Shown: one piece after another, positions 17,708 to 29,079 of the stretch
How the letters are laid out: each line of letters opens with the position of its first letter
Numbering within the stretch: position 1 is the first letter of the stretch
NCBI GenBank assembly: GCA_964426915.1
Contig: CAYRTD010000005.1
Coordinates: forward strand, 1 to 62,686
Length of the DNA: 62,686 bases
Origin: an uncultured Bacteroidaceae bacterium
Lineage (GTDB): Bacteria; Bacteroidota; Bacteroidia; Bacteroidales; GCA-2748055
Direction: 5' to 3'
The notes under the pieces: generated by a model
What the model was told of the DNA's origin: nothing
What the model saw: only the letters and a program-made list of their open reading frames with translations
Database searches by the model: none
Program-made: the position numbers and the translations under genes

Positions 17708-19867
17708 ATGAAAATACCTGTCGCTCTATACCTAATTATCTTGTTGTCTTTTTTTAACTGCCGGGAAATAGTTGCACAGGAGGATTCCCGCTTACTCTTT
17801 TCAAAAGACGACATTCCCGAAATTCAAGCAAAACAAACCGGGGAACCTTTCTCTCATATGTTTGATGTATTGAAAAAAAAAGCTACAGGACCTATTCATA
17901 GTGAATATGAACACGTATATTATGCTATCAACAATTCTTTCCTTTATACGCTTACCGGAGAGAAGAAATATTCAGACTCTGTGCTTAATTCCGTGCTTTA
18001 CCTTATTAATCTTGATGAGTGGGCCGATGATAATTTTCGTTCTCTCGGCAGAGCCATGTACGCCAAAGGTGTAGCTCTTGCCTATGATATGTGTAAAATA
18101 GCATGGCCTTTTGAAATTGATACATTGATCTCAGCAAAACTCATTGACATGGGTGCAAGTCTGAAGAGAAACGGGGGCAAGGGATGGCCTGACGGGCCTG
18201 GAAATAACTGGAGGGCTGTTCGCTTTAGCGGAATGGGTCTTTGCTATCTGGCAGCCGATTATCTCAATGATTCCTTAAGGGAGTCTGAAGTGAATTATGC
18301 CTTCAACCAGGTCGTGACCTATTTTAATGCCAATCTTTCTGAGGAAGAAAACAGTATGGGCTGGAATCCGGAAGGTATAGGTTATATTATTTATCCGGCC
18401 GAGTTCTGGGGCCTTTTCAATATCGCAATCGGAAATATGTACCCGGAAAAAAACTTCCTTAATGAAAACCCTGCGGTGAAGCATACCCTGTCAACCATTT
18501 ACAGAGGAGCTATACTAATGGAACGCGATAAAGACAACAAAGGTTATCATCCGGATTTTTCTGATGACAATATGGCTCTGGGAGGATCAGGCGTTCACGG
18601 ACTCGCTTTTAAAAATGCTGATGAAAAATACTTCCCCGCCTTCAAGTGGTTTTATAACAGGCTTTTTGGCCTACAGGGAGACAAAAGCTTTGATTCTGAA
18701 AGGGGAGGAGTTGTGTTTTCATATCTTTATTATCCCGGGGAAATCGAAGAGCAAATTCCCGAAAGCATATTCGGGCTGAATTATGCAGATCCTGTTTATG
18801 GCATGTTTATTTTCAGGGATGAATATAACGACTCCTCCGATATTATTGCCCAACACAGTGCTAAAGGAAGATCCCCGAGGCACTGTCACGGAGGCGCCGA
18901 TGCAAATGGTTTCAGAATATGGGGACTCGGTGGATGCTGGACTACCGGTGCCGGAAGAATTGGTGGCAAAGGATCTCCCGGGCAGACAACGGTACTGAGA
19001 TATGATCCGGAAGAACAGGTACCCAAAGACAATAGTAATGGTAAAGTAATCGATTATGAATTTTTCGCTGATGGTTCGGGATATTCTGTAATCGAAGGAT
19101 CCAGTACTCTTTTACCTTACCATAGAAGGCTTTTTATTAATGATTATTCAGGATTAAGTGGTTCACCGGGAGTTTTTGTTATTTCCGACAGTACGGTGGA
19201 GGGTAAATACTGGAGACTAAATACCTTAAAGGTAAATTCCATAGAATTTTCTGATAGTTCTTTTCTGCTTGAATCTCCAAACGGAAGCAAAATGTTCGGA
19301 AAAATTTTCAAGGGAGACCCGGAAACACTCAGACAGGGTGAATTCAAAAGGGGTAGTGGATATACATGGAACGGCCAGTCATATGAAAATAATAAATGGC
19401 TTGATTTTCAGTCAGAAGACGGGGAATATCTTGTAGTACTGGCTTTGCTTGAAAAAGATTCCCCGGTTCCTGATATAAAATACCAGTTAAGAGGGGGTAA
19501 AGAGATAATTTTTGCGGGAGAAAGGGTGATTGAAATAGAAAATGGCGAAGCCGGATTCTTTGATAAGCAGGAATGGTCTGTCTTAATGAGGGATGAAAAA
19601 TATTCCTCCGTTTCAAGCCATCTGAAGATTTTCCCGAATCCCGGGAATGAAAATGTAAGTTTTAACTTCTTTTCGGAAGATGAGAGTGTTTTATCGGCCG
19701 CCATTTATGATGAAAGAGGGGTATTGGTATATAAACTTTATGAAGGTAGAGTTAATCCGGGAAATACCAGTTTTGAGTGGATGACCGGAGGAAGGAAAGG
19801 TTTTTATTTTCTCCGGTATACACTGGGGCATATTAAGAGCGATCAGGCCGGCTTCATTGTAATGTAG
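17708..19867 (+). CDS. Heparinase II/III-like (alginate-lyase fold) protein with T9SS C-terminal domain
   Basis: 719 aa with a signal peptide. N-terminal 'LLFSKDDIPEIQAK' and 'HCHGGADANGFRIWGLGGCWTTGAGR' resemble heparinase II/III N- and C-domains. The tail 'KIFPNPGNENVSFNF...GFYFLRY' is a Por secretion tail. Confidence 0.6.
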   Translation: MKIPVALYLIILLSFFNCREIVAQEDSRLLFSKDDIPEIQAKQTGEPFSHMFDVLKKKATGPIHSEYEHVYYAINNSFLYTLTGEKKYSDSVLNSVLYLINLDEWADDNFRSLGRAMYAKGVALAYDMCKIAWPFEIDTLISAKLIDMGASLKRNGGKGWPDGPGNNWRAVRFSGMGLCYLAADYLNDSLRESEVNYAFNQVVTYFNANLSEEENSMGWNPEGIGYIIYPAEFWGLFNIAIGNMYPEKNFLNENPAVKHTLSTIYRGAILMERDKDNKGYHPDFSDDNMALGGSGVHGLAFKNADEKYFPAFKWFYNRLFGLQGDKSFDSERGGVVFSYLYYPGEIEEQIPESIFGLNYADPVYGMFIFRDEYNDSSDIIAQHSAKGRSPRHCHGGADANGFRIWGLGGCWTTGAGRIGGKGSPGQTTVLRYDPEEQVPKDNSNGKVIDYEFFADGSGYSVIEGSSTLLPYHRRLFINDYSGLSGSPGVFVISDSTVEGKYWRLNTLKVNSIEFSDSSFLLESPNGSKMFGKIFKGDPETLRQGEFKRGSGYTWNGQSYENNKWLDFQSEDGEYLVVLALLEKDSPVPDIKYQLRGGKEIIFAGERVIEIENGEAGFFDKQEWSVLMRDEKYSSVSSHLKIFPNPGNENVSFNFFSEDESVLSAAIYDERGVLVYKLYEGRVNPGNTSFEWMTGGRKGFYFLRYTLGHIKSDQAGFIVM

Positions 19868-19984
19868 TTTTGTTAAAATGTTATAGAAAAGTTTTACCAA
19901 TAAGAAGAAATGTTTGTTTTTTTTATATCTTGACGTCCGGAATAAGTAAGCAGAACACAGTTTTTTTATGTTAAACACTTAAGT

Positions 19985-22900
19985 ATGAAGATTCTATTTA
20001 CTTTTCTGATCACTTTATCACTCAGTCTGAATACCCGGGGAAATGATTTTAACCAACTACTGAAGGACAATTCCGTGTATTGCATGGATATGGACCGTGA
20101 CAATATTCTCTGGATTGGCACCGAGGAAGGACTGATTAAATATGATAGCAAACAATTCCGGTATTATTTCTACGACCCCCTTGATACTACTTCACTACTG
20201 GATAATTCCATCAGGTCAATTCTGATCGATTCCAAAAACAGGATCTGGCTGGGAACAAGAAATGGTCTGAATCTCTACAATCCGGAAAAAGATAATTTTC
20301 ACAGATTCATTCCTTCAAATGAAGCTAATGAACTCAATGGGAGTTTTATTACCTCTATAAGCGAAGATCCTGATGGTTATATCTGGATAGGAACTGAAGC
20401 ATGCGGGTTGAACAGACTGGACCCTGAGACATGGAAGTTCAATCATTTTAAGGCTAACAATACGCCTTCAAGCATAATAAGTGATAATATTGAGGATATC
20501 GAGCTTGATGACAATGGAGGTTTGTGGATTGCAACCAAAGAGGGAATAGACTTTCTTGATATCAATACGGGGGAAATATCACATTATTACCATAAAAAGA
20601 ATGTTGCCAGCTCACTTCCTTCAAATGATATTGCAGTTTTAAAGGTCGATAAAAATGGCTTTGTCTGGTCGGGAAGCCGGGATGGTTTTTTATGCTATCT
20701 GGATAAAAATGAAGGTTTACATTATATAAAAAATGACTTTTCTGTAACCGCTCTCAGTCGATCCGGTGATACAATCATCATTGGTACCAATAAAGGAGGT
20801 ATTCGCAGAATAAATTCCGAATCCCTGTCTGAAGTGAATATGGGAGATTTTATTGTTGATGATCCAGATGGTCTTGGTGCTGTCCGTTGCCTGTATACAG
20901 ATAAGTGGGATAATTTATGGGTAGGTTCAGAGAACGGTCTGTTTGTTGACTATTCCATCAGACGGAAATTCCATGGGGTAAAAGGAAATACCGCTCAACT
21001 CCCTCTTTCATCAGTAAGGACTCTTCTGGTTGATCATCTTGAAAGACTCTGGGTGGTCAATGAGTCGGAGATATTAATAAAGCAGGATGATGAATTTATA
21101 GATTTTAGATCTCTTATTAAATCTGGTGATAAATCTGAACTTAAACGGATATATTCTATTTTCCAGGATTCTGAAAAATACATCTGGATTGGAAGTTTTG
21201 ATAAGGGATTATTTAGATTCAATCCATCAACCGGTTATCTGAAACATTATAAACACGACCCGGAAGATCCGAAAAGTTTGCCGGACAATTGTATCTGGAC
21301 CATAACAGAGGATTATAACAGTAACTTGTGGATTGGTAGTTGGGGAGGAGGTTTGATTCATTATAACCGGGAAAAGGATAATTTTTCAAATTATCGGGTA
21401 AGTAAATCAAACTCAAATTCCTTATCTAATAATAAATTAATATCCCTGGAAACCGATTCGGAAGGAATTATCTGGATAGGTACTGACGGGGGGGGATTGA
21501 ACCGTTTTAATCCACTGGTTGACAGATTTGAATCTTTTACTCCACGACCCAATGATCTAAATTCGATTACGGACCGAAGCATTTTATGTATTTATGAAGA
21601 TAGCAATAAACAGCTTTGGATTGGAACCGATGGAGGCGGACTCCTGCGTATGGACAGAAAAAATAATACTTTCAAGGTCTATAACCATAATCACGGACTT
21701 AGCAACTCTTCCGTAAAAAGCATAATTGAAGATCCGGAAGGGAAGTTATGGCTGGCAACTAACGGGGGAGGCATTTTTATGTTTCAACCTTCTGAGGAAA
21801 TCTTTATTCAGTTTACCAGTGCTGACGGATTGAGTAGTAACCGGTTTTTCAATGGAGCTGTTAGCAGTGACAGCAATGGAAATTTCTATTTCGGTGGTGT
21901 TTCCGGCTATACAAGTTTCCATCCTCTGAGTATAGAGACAGATAATTTGAATCCCAAAGTTATTATTAAGAGTATTAACATAAATAATAAAGACCAGACT
22001 TACTCAGAGGATTTTAATTTCGCTACTACAAATTGGGAGAAAATAATTAACCTGAAACCTTCTCATAAGATCATTAGTGTTGATTTTGCGGCTGTTGAAT
22101 ATTCTCCTTCAAAACGGAACCGGTACCGTTATCGTTTAACCGATCTTAATGAGCAGTGGATAGATCTGGGTGAAAAATCCTCCGTTAGCTTCATGAATCT
22201 TCCCCATGGCGATTATAAACTTGAAATACAATGTTCTAATACAGACGGTATCTGGAGTTCCGAAAGCGAAGTTCTGAAACTAAATATCCTACCTCCTTTT
22301 TATAGAACTCCATGGTTTATATTAGGATTGCTATTTGCAATTGCTCTGATATTTTACTTTTGGAACGTGTTGAAATTGAAGGAGTTGAGAGATAGGGGTA
22401 AGCTACTTTCGGCAATGGTTGATGAAAGAACCAGGGAAGTAAGCTTGCAGGCAAAAAAGCTGAGTCTTCAGAACGCCGAACTGGAAAAACAAAAAGCGGA
22501 GCTGGCACTTAAAAATGACAAAATCATAAAGAGTCGGGAACGATTAAGGCAAATGACCAGGAAGGTTCATGAATCTGATGAAATGAAGCTCAGGTTTTTT
22601 ACGAATATATCTCATGAATTCCGGACTCCGGTCACTCTGATTCTTGCTCCGCTAGAAAACCTGATCAATCAATTTAAATATGATGACCAGGCTCTCGATC
22701 ATCTGCTTACTATGAGGAGAAATGCCGGGAGACTACTAAGACTTATCGGTCAGGTAATGGAATTCCGTAAACTGGATACTGGAAAATTAAGATTAAGGGC
22801 AGCAAAGGAGGATCTATCCCTTTTTACCAGGAATATTACAGACTCATTCAAAGAATATGTGCGGGAGAAACAAATAGCCATTAATTTTGTCTCCCGGCCC

Positions 22901-24208
22901 AAAAGTATACATTTATATTTCGACCCGGATAAACTGGAAAAAATACTGTATAATCTTCTTTCAAATGCCATAAGGTTTACACCCAAGGGAGGTAAAGTCG
23001 AACTTCTGCTTGAAGAAATAGATTCAGATTTAACTGATGATGGATCTGAGAGTAAGCCTGGAAAAGTTGTCAGGATCACCGTTTCTGATAACGGAAAAGG
23101 AATCCCTGCCCATGAGCAGGAAAATATTTTCGAGCGGTTTTACCAGGTGGAAAATCCTGTGTATGCTGCAAATAGCGGAGGATCTGGAATCGGCCTCGCA
23201 TTGACCAAAGATCTGGTTAAGCTGCATAAAGGAGAGATTGCAGTGGAAAGTAAGGAAGGAGAGGGTACGAAGTTTATTATTACCCTGCCTGCAGGCCGGT
23301 CTCATTTGAGTGATAATGAAATTATTGAAAAGTTAAAACCGACAAAATTAGGGAATGAACATTTACACTATACACTATTGCTTGATTCCGACAATCGTAA
23401 AATGTCAGATCCTCCGCTGGAAGAAAATGAGAGAGCAGAAAAGTTACGTTTATTGATTGTTGAAGATAATCTCGATCTACGTAGATACCTTGCAAGGTAT
23501 TTTTCCAAAAACTTTTCCATACTTGAGGCAGGAAATGGTAAAGAAGCCTATGATCTGTGCAGGAGAAAATTCCCGGACATCATGATCAGCGATATTATTA
23601 TGCCTGAAATGGATGGCCTGGAATTATGTAATGCTGTTAAAAATGATCCGGAGACCTGTCACATTCCTGTTATTCTGCTCACAGCGAAGGATAGTGATGA
23701 AGATCATATTGCAGGACTGGAAAAAGAGGCAGATGCATACATTACCAAACCTTTAAGCCCTGTAACATTATCCGTTACAGTAGAAAATCTTTTAAGAAAC
23801 AGAAAAAAGCTTCAGAATAAATACCGGCGCGACATTCTTCTTGAACCCGAAAATATAGAACTCGAGTCAAATGATGAGATCCTGTTAAAGAAAGCAATGG
23901 ATGTAGTTGAGGAAAATATTTCCAATTCCGAATTCAATGTAAACTTAATGAGTCGTGAAATTGGAGTTAGCCGGGCCGCTCTTTACCGGAAGCTGAAAGC
24001 GCTTACCAATCAGTCTGTAAATGTTTTTGTGAGAGATATACGATTAAAGAGAGCTGCCCAGATACTTCTTCAGGATAAGGTTACCATTTCTGAAGTGGCA
24101 TATATGGTAGGGTATAATGATGTGCAATACTTTCGTAAATGTTTTACCCGCTTTTATAAAATAACACCGTCACAATACATTGATAAAAATAAACAAGAAA
24201 AGAAATGA
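19985..24208 (+). CDS. Hybrid two-component system sensor kinase / response regulator (HTCS) with AraC output
   Basis: 1407 aa. Many 'WIGT..GGL' propeller repeats plus a Y_Y_Y region, then a TM 'WFILGLLFAIALIFYFW'. HisKA 'FFTNISHEFRTPVTLI', HATPase 'DNGKGIP...GSGIGLALTK', REC 'LLIVEDN...ISDIIMPEMDG...LTAK' and AraC HTH 'YMVGYNDVQYFRKCFTRFYKITPSQY'. Confidence 0.92.
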   Translation: MKILFTFLITLSLSLNTRGNDFNQLLKDNSVYCMDMDRDNILWIGTEEGLIKYDSKQFRYYFYDPLDTTSLLDNSIRSILIDSKNRIWLGTRNGLNLYNPEKDNFHRFIPSNEANELNGSFITSISEDPDGYIWIGTEACGLNRLDPETWKFNHFKANNTPSSIISDNIEDIELDDNGGLWIATKEGIDFLDINTGEISHYYHKKNVASSLPSNDIAVLKVDKNGFVWSGSRDGFLCYLDKNEGLHYIKNDFSVTALSRSGDTIIIGTNKGGIRRINSESLSEVNMGDFIVDDPDGLGAVRCLYTDKWDNLWVGSENGLFVDYSIRRKFHGVKGNTAQLPLSSVRTLLVDHLERLWVVNESEILIKQDDEFIDFRSLIKSGDKSELKRIYSIFQDSEKYIWIGSFDKGLFRFNPSTGYLKHYKHDPEDPKSLPDNCIWTITEDYNSNLWIGSWGGGLIHYNREKDNFSNYRVSKSNSNSLSNNKLISLETDSEGIIWIGTDGGGLNRFNPLVDRFESFTPRPNDLNSITDRSILCIYEDSNKQLWIGTDGGGLLRMDRKNNTFKVYNHNHGLSNSSVKSIIEDPEGKLWLATNGGGIFMFQPSEEIFIQFTSADGLSSNRFFNGAVSSDSNGNFYFGGVSGYTSFHPLSIETDNLNPKVIIKSININNKDQTYSEDFNFATTNWEKIINLKPSHKIISVDFAAVEYSPSKRNRYRYRLTDLNEQWIDLGEKSSVSFMNLPHGDYKLEIQCSNTDGIWSSESEVLKLNILPPFYRTPWFILGLLFAIALIFYFWNVLKLKELRDRGKLLSAMVDERTREVSLQAKKLSLQNAELEKQKAELALKNDKIIKSRERLRQMTRKVHESDEMKLRFFTNISHEFRTPVTLILAPLENLINQFKYDDQALDHLLTMRRNAGRLLRLIGQVMEFRKLDTGKLRLRAAKEDLSLFTRNITDSFKEYVREKQIAINFVSRPKSIHLYFDPDKLEKILYNLLSNAIRFTPKGGKVELLLEEIDSDLTDDGSESKPGKVVRITVSDNGKGIPAHEQENIFERFYQVENPVYAANSGGSGIGLALTKDLVKLHKGEIAVESKEGEGTKFIITLPAGRSHLSDNEIIEKLKPTKLGNEHLHYTLLLDSDNRKMSDPPLEENERAEKLRLLIVEDNLDLRRYLARYFSKNFSILEAGNGKEAYDLCRRKFPDIMISDIIMPEMDGLELCNAVKNDPETCHIPVILLTAKDSDEDHIAGLEKEADAYITKPLSPVTLSVTVENLLRNRKKLQNKYRRDILLEPENIELESNDEILLKKAMDVVEENISNSEFNVNLMSREIGVSRAALYRKLKALTNQSVNVFVRDIRLKRAAQILLQDKVTISEVAYMVGYNDVQYFRKCFTRFYKITPSQYIDKNKQEKK

Positions 24209-24482
24209 TTTTTTTCATACCGGAATTACCAATATCACTCCGGTATGAGACATTAATACTTAAAGTATACACAATGAATTGTTTTTTTTAATTAATACGA
24301 GGCTTTTTTTATAAAAAGAGGAAAAATTGTGAATCCTTGCTAAATAGCAAGTTACGACGGCTTATAACTAATTTTCGCATATGATGAATGGATTTTACCC
24401 GTATAATGAGACACTTTTACACCCTTTGCATCCTGTTAAGTCGTATTTTTATGTAACTAATTTTTTACGCCCAGCTATAATT

Positions 24483-27353
24483 ATGAAACGAAAACTATTT
24501 TTTACTCTTCTCCTGATGTTAAGTTTTTTATACGGAACTGAACTACTTGCACAGGAGAGCGCTGAAATTGACACTTCCGTCAATGAAAAACTTCCGTTCC
24601 TGAATCTTCATTCCGGTTCTGTTTCTACCCTGGATAATGCCGGTTTTAATACCGGTACAAGGATGAATTTTGCATCCACCCTTGAGGGGGTCGTACCCGG
24701 GCTGGATATTTCTCCGGTTGGAAATGTTCCCGGAGCATATACCAGGATGCTGATAAGAGGAATTGGTTCGGTAAATGGCGGAAATGATCCTCTGATAATA
24801 CTTGATGGAGTACCTTTTGAAAACGCCTCACTCGATGCAGGAGGTTACAGATTTTCAGGCCTCGCTGAGCTGGATCCTGATGATATCGAATCCATACATA
24901 TATTGAAGGATGCCGCTGCTACAGCCATTTATGGTTCCCGTGCAGCAAACGGTGTAATCCAGATTATAACCAAAGACGGAAAAGCTGGTAAAAAACAGAT
25001 CGACTTTTCCTATCGGTACGGGATTTCCTCCACACCTAAAAAACTCGATCTTCTTTCATCAGAGCAATATATATCTACCCTTAATCAGGCTTACAGGAAC
25101 TCATATCCCGACTCTTCCCATGCAGCCCCTGTAAACATGCATACTTATGATGGCTTTTATGCTGAAGAATATGTTGAACAGGTGCCTGATGGTGAGGATA
25201 TTATTCATCAACCCAATCTCAGTAATACTAACTGGTATGAAAATATGCACGATCAGGCAGTTTTCCAGGAAGTAAATATTGGCTGGTCTGGTGGAGATAA
25301 AAAAACACAATATTATATAGGTGCAGGATACCGGGGAGATGAAAGTTTTCTTTATAACGGGAAATATCAACGGGCAAATGCAAGGGTGAATCTCTTGCAT
25401 AAAGTCGGGGAAAGACTGAGTCTGGGTCTGAAAATGTACCTGGTTTCAAATAAGCGTGATGTAAATTCAAAAGAGTGGTTTGAAACTGCACATACAACAG
25501 CTTTACCTGTTTACCCTGTTAAATCACCAACCAATCCGGACATGTACTGGTATGACCAGGAACGGCCGGTTAACATTGAAGCACTTAATGACCATAGCTG
25601 GATTAAAAATGGTGGATTCAGAACTTTTAATACGGCCTTTCTTGAATATAAATTAATGAAGGGACTTAGTTTTCATTCTCTATGGGGCTGGGATTTCCAG
25701 CATTACCTGAATGAAGATTACAAACATCCCTATGTAGCACCGGCGGAAAATGGTCTACTCATTATCAGCAGGTATGACAGATCCAATTGGAGTAGCAATA
25801 ATTATTTGAAATTTGATAATCAATACGGTGATCATCATCTTAATCTAACTACCGGCGTTTCCTTTGAGAACTATTCCTGGAATGGTAATATGATCCATAA
25901 TCCAGGGATGACACTGGTTTTCGTCCATTCGAACGGAGAATCCAATCAAACCCGGCTGGTAGGTGTTTACAGAGACAATTATAGGTTCTATTCCTTATAT
26001 GCAAAGGCAGATTATGGGTTTCAAAATAAATACTTTGCGAGACTAAGCATGAGATCCGATATCTCCAGTAAATTTGGTAAGGATAACAGGACAGGGTATT
26101 TTCCGGCTGCCTCACTTGCCTGGGATATTTCTGCTGAAGATTTTGCTTCAGGAGCCGCATTCCTCAATGAGGCCAGGTTGAGAGTGGGTTATGGCATCGT
26201 TGGTAATGCACAAATAGGCAATTTCAATCATTTAAGTTCTCTTACACAGGGCTTTTACGACAGCCCCTATGTTTCAACCAACGGATACTATTTATATGGA
26301 GAATATCCCGCTGTTATACCGGTTAATATGGCAAACCCGAATCTAGGTCCTGAAAAATCCACCCAGATAAATGCGGGATTAGATTTTTCCGTTCTTAATA
26401 ATCGTTTATCGGGTAGCCTGAATTTTTATCAATACAAAAATTCTGACCAGTTGAATTATACTCCCATTAGCATTTTGTATGGGTATGAAAATACAAACCG
26501 CTGGGAGAATAACGGAGAACTTTCCCTGACAGGGTTTGAAGCTCTTGTTACACCTGTCATTATTAATAATGAAAATGGCTTAAAATGGGCAATTGATTTA
26601 TCCGTTTCTTCGGTAAAAACGATATTGGAAGCATTACCGGAAAACCTCGATCACCTTGAAGGTCATTTCAACAGGGCTTATGAAGGAGAAATAATTGCTG
26701 GTTATTATTTACCCGAATGGGCAGGTGTTGATCCTGAGACGGGTCATGAGCTGATAAGGGATCCCGAAACAGGTGACGCCATAGATGCAGAATTACTTAG
26801 TGATGCGGAATTTTCCGGTTATTCAACATATTTTTCAGATAAAACTCCTTTTCCTAAATATTACGGCGGTATTAATAACAGGTTATCCTTTAAGGGAATT
26901 GATCTGTCATTCCTTTTCAGTTTCAGAAGCGGACATACCCTGCTGGATCTTGGAGAACAATCATTGAGCTATGTGAATTCATCGATGACGGGGAGTGCCG
27001 AACTTGCAAATGGATGGACTGCTTCCACACCGACCGATACACCGCTACTCTATGATACGGAGATGTCGCACAGGGTTACATCACGGTTTATGCATGATGC
27101 TTCTTATGTGAGATTACAACGTCTGAACATTGGATATACCTTACCTTCTGCTATTTCCAACAGGCTTCTCATGCAGAAAACGAAGATATACATATCGGGT
27201 CAGAATCTGCTCACTTTTAGTTCGTTTCCGGGATACGACCCTAATGGACTTTACAGTGCCTATAGCAGCATGGCAAATATGGATGCCGGTTTGCTCATGT
27301 TTGATCCGCCTCAGCCCAGAACAATACTGATAGGCATAGATTTCACTTTTTAA
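24483..27353 (+). CDS. SusC-like TonB-dependent outer-membrane transporter (no N-terminal carboxypeptidase-regulatory-like domain)
   Basis: The start is set at M35 (ATG 24483, 'MKRKLFFTLLLMLSFLYGTELLAQ'). Plug blocks 'LIRGIGSVNGGNDPLIILDGVP' and 'ILKDAAATAIYGSRAANGVIQIITK'. SusC C-terminal blocks 'DASYVRLQRLNIGYTL', 'PGYDP' and a terminal F. Confidence 0.85.
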   Translation: MKRKLFFTLLLMLSFLYGTELLAQESAEIDTSVNEKLPFLNLHSGSVSTLDNAGFNTGTRMNFASTLEGVVPGLDISPVGNVPGAYTRMLIRGIGSVNGGNDPLIILDGVPFENASLDAGGYRFSGLAELDPDDIESIHILKDAAATAIYGSRAANGVIQIITKDGKAGKKQIDFSYRYGISSTPKKLDLLSSEQYISTLNQAYRNSYPDSSHAAPVNMHTYDGFYAEEYVEQVPDGEDIIHQPNLSNTNWYENMHDQAVFQEVNIGWSGGDKKTQYYIGAGYRGDESFLYNGKYQRANARVNLLHKVGERLSLGLKMYLVSNKRDVNSKEWFETAHTTALPVYPVKSPTNPDMYWYDQERPVNIEALNDHSWIKNGGFRTFNTAFLEYKLMKGLSFHSLWGWDFQHYLNEDYKHPYVAPAENGLLIISRYDRSNWSSNNYLKFDNQYGDHHLNLTTGVSFENYSWNGNMIHNPGMTLVFVHSNGESNQTRLVGVYRDNYRFYSLYAKADYGFQNKYFARLSMRSDISSKFGKDNRTGYFPAASLAWDISAEDFASGAAFLNEARLRVGYGIVGNAQIGNFNHLSSLTQGFYDSPYVSTNGYYLYGEYPAVIPVNMANPNLGPEKSTQINAGLDFSVLNNRLSGSLNFYQYKNSDQLNYTPISILYGYENTNRWENNGELSLTGFEALVTPVIINNENGLKWAIDLSVSSVKTILEALPENLDHLEGHFNRAYEGEIIAGYYLPEWAGVDPETGHELIRDPETGDAIDAELLSDAEFSGYSTYFSDKTPFPKYYGGINNRLSFKGIDLSFLFSFRSGHTLLDLGEQSLSYVNSSMTGSAELANGWTASTPTDTPLLYDTEMSHRVTSRFMHDASYVRLQRLNIGYTLPSAISNRLLMQKTKIYISGQNLLTFSSFPGYDPNGLYSAYSSMANMDAGLLMFDPPQPRTILIGIDFTF

Positions 27354-27366
27354 ATGATCTGAAAAA

Positions 27367-28977
27367 ATGATGAAAATGAAAAAATATATATTTCTGTTAG
27401 GTGTTGCTTTTATGACACTTACATTCACTTCCTGTGAAGAGTGGATTGATGAAACGGAAACTGAACCACTCATTACAACCGAAGGTTTTTTCGCATCGGT
27501 TATCGATCTGGAACGGTTGTTAAACGGGTCTTATGCTGCCCTTCTGGGTTTCCAGGGAGAAGGGCTGGCTTCCGCTCCCTTTTTAGTTTCAGCCCTGAAC
27601 GGCGATCTGGTTGCTCCCTACCCCTATAAAGAATCTGAAATATCACCGGTGCTCATGGCGATCTATGAAAGACAGAATGCACTGACAGGAGAAGGATCAC
27701 CAGGCTGGGATATGATAAAATATGGATCCAGGGCAATAAATAATGCCAATATGGTAATTGATGCCCTTGAAAACGGAAGTCTTGAAAATGATCCGGACTA
27801 TCTTTATAATCAGGAAAGAATGCGGGGTGAAGCTTATCTTTTAAGAGCATTGGCGAATTTTCAAATAACCAAAATGGTGGCCAAGCAATATAATACCGCC
27901 ACATCTTCTTCTGACCCCGCCGGCTATTATCCCCTTAAACCTGTATATGACAAGGCAGATTATCCTGAGGAAAGAGTTACGGTTGAAGAGGCCTACAGGC
28001 TAATGTTAGAAGATTCAGAAAAAGCGAGAGAATTACTTCCTGAACGTTGGGATCTTGCTTACAAGCAATTTGGCGAAACTTTTGTTTATGAGTCGTTATA
28101 CTACTGGAATGTCAGAAGATTTAATGCAGATGTTGCCAGAGCCCTTATGGCTGAACTTTACTTTCAGATGAACGATTTTCCCAATGCCAAAACAGTATGC
28201 GATGACTTACTGGGAGATACCCCGGGAGAATCAACCAGGTATCCTCTTTCTGGTATGGCAGATCTTTCCAGTGATGTTTATGGCTCAAAAAGGCAGAATC
28301 CTTATGGTCCTTATATTGTTGATATCGACACTATAGGCGATGATAGACCTTATGAACCTTCTGCAGAAATTATCTGTGATTTCTATGGTAGCTCAAAAAG
28401 TGTTTATGCGCCAAACCTTGATGGAAATGCCTGGGGATATTATATGACCCCTCCCCCCGATCAGGAGCAGGGCAGAAGTAAACTGGGTGAACAAGGACTG
28501 GGATGGTTCGTAATGAGTGAGAGATTTTTGACTTACCTTGATTGGGATTATTCCGATGCACGTTCTTTTTTCTTTGTGGATGAAATAGAAGATGATGATT
28601 ATAATTACTGGTACTGGCCCGTGAAATTTGCTTTAAAAAATCTTAACGTGCTCTGGTACCGTTCAGCGGAATTTTTCCTGATGAGAGCGGAGTGTAATGC
28701 CAGGATGGGAAATGATGAAGATGCCAAACTGGATCTGAACTATGTGAGAAACAGAGCTGATCTTCAGGATTACGATGATGATCCTTACGTCTTTGATAAT
28801 CTTGTAGAAGAAATAATACGTGAAAGAGCAAGAGAATTATATGTTGAGAATAACCGGTACTGGGATCTGCTAAGACTCGGAGCTCTTACAGGCAGCGACC
28901 TTCCCGCAGGTGAGAGAGCATCGTCCACTGCCTGGGATTCTCCTGATCTGTTATTCCCTTTACCTGAACTTTATTAA
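27367..28977 (+). CDS. SusD/RagB-family lipoprotein
   Basis: 536 aa. Lipobox 'LTFTSCEEW'. TPR-like SusD blocks 'MRGEAYLLRALANF', 'LWYRSAEFFLMRAECNARMGN', 'IIRERARELYVENNRYWDLLRLG'. Follows SusC by 13 nt. Confidence 0.82.
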   Translation: MMKMKKYIFLLGVAFMTLTFTSCEEWIDETETEPLITTEGFFASVIDLERLLNGSYAALLGFQGEGLASAPFLVSALNGDLVAPYPYKESEISPVLMAIYERQNALTGEGSPGWDMIKYGSRAINNANMVIDALENGSLENDPDYLYNQERMRGEAYLLRALANFQITKMVAKQYNTATSSSDPAGYYPLKPVYDKADYPEERVTVEEAYRLMLEDSEKARELLPERWDLAYKQFGETFVYESLYYWNVRRFNADVARALMAELYFQMNDFPNAKTVCDDLLGDTPGESTRYPLSGMADLSSDVYGSKRQNPYGPYIVDIDTIGDDRPYEPSAEIICDFYGSSKSVYAPNLDGNAWGYYMTPPPDQEQGRSKLGEQGLGWFVMSERFLTYLDWDYSDARSFFFVDEIEDDDYNYWYWPVKFALKNLNVLWYRSAEFFLMRAECNARMGNDEDAKLDLNYVRNRADLQDYDDDPYVFDNLVEEIIRERARELYVENNRYWDLLRLGALTGSDLPAGERASSTAWDSPDLLFPLPELY

Positions 28978-29079
28978 TAAAATGAAAAAAAAATGCACGG
29001 AAGTAAATGCTTTAGCCAGGAACACAGCTTTAATATGCAGTTTCCTCATTCATTCCTGCAAACAATAAATATTCAACAA

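Noticed and set aside
24215-24245. 8-bp hairpin ataccgga...tccggtat just after the HTCS stop, considered as a terminator.
   Set aside because: It has no downstream T-run and a 14-nt loop, so it is too weak to call.
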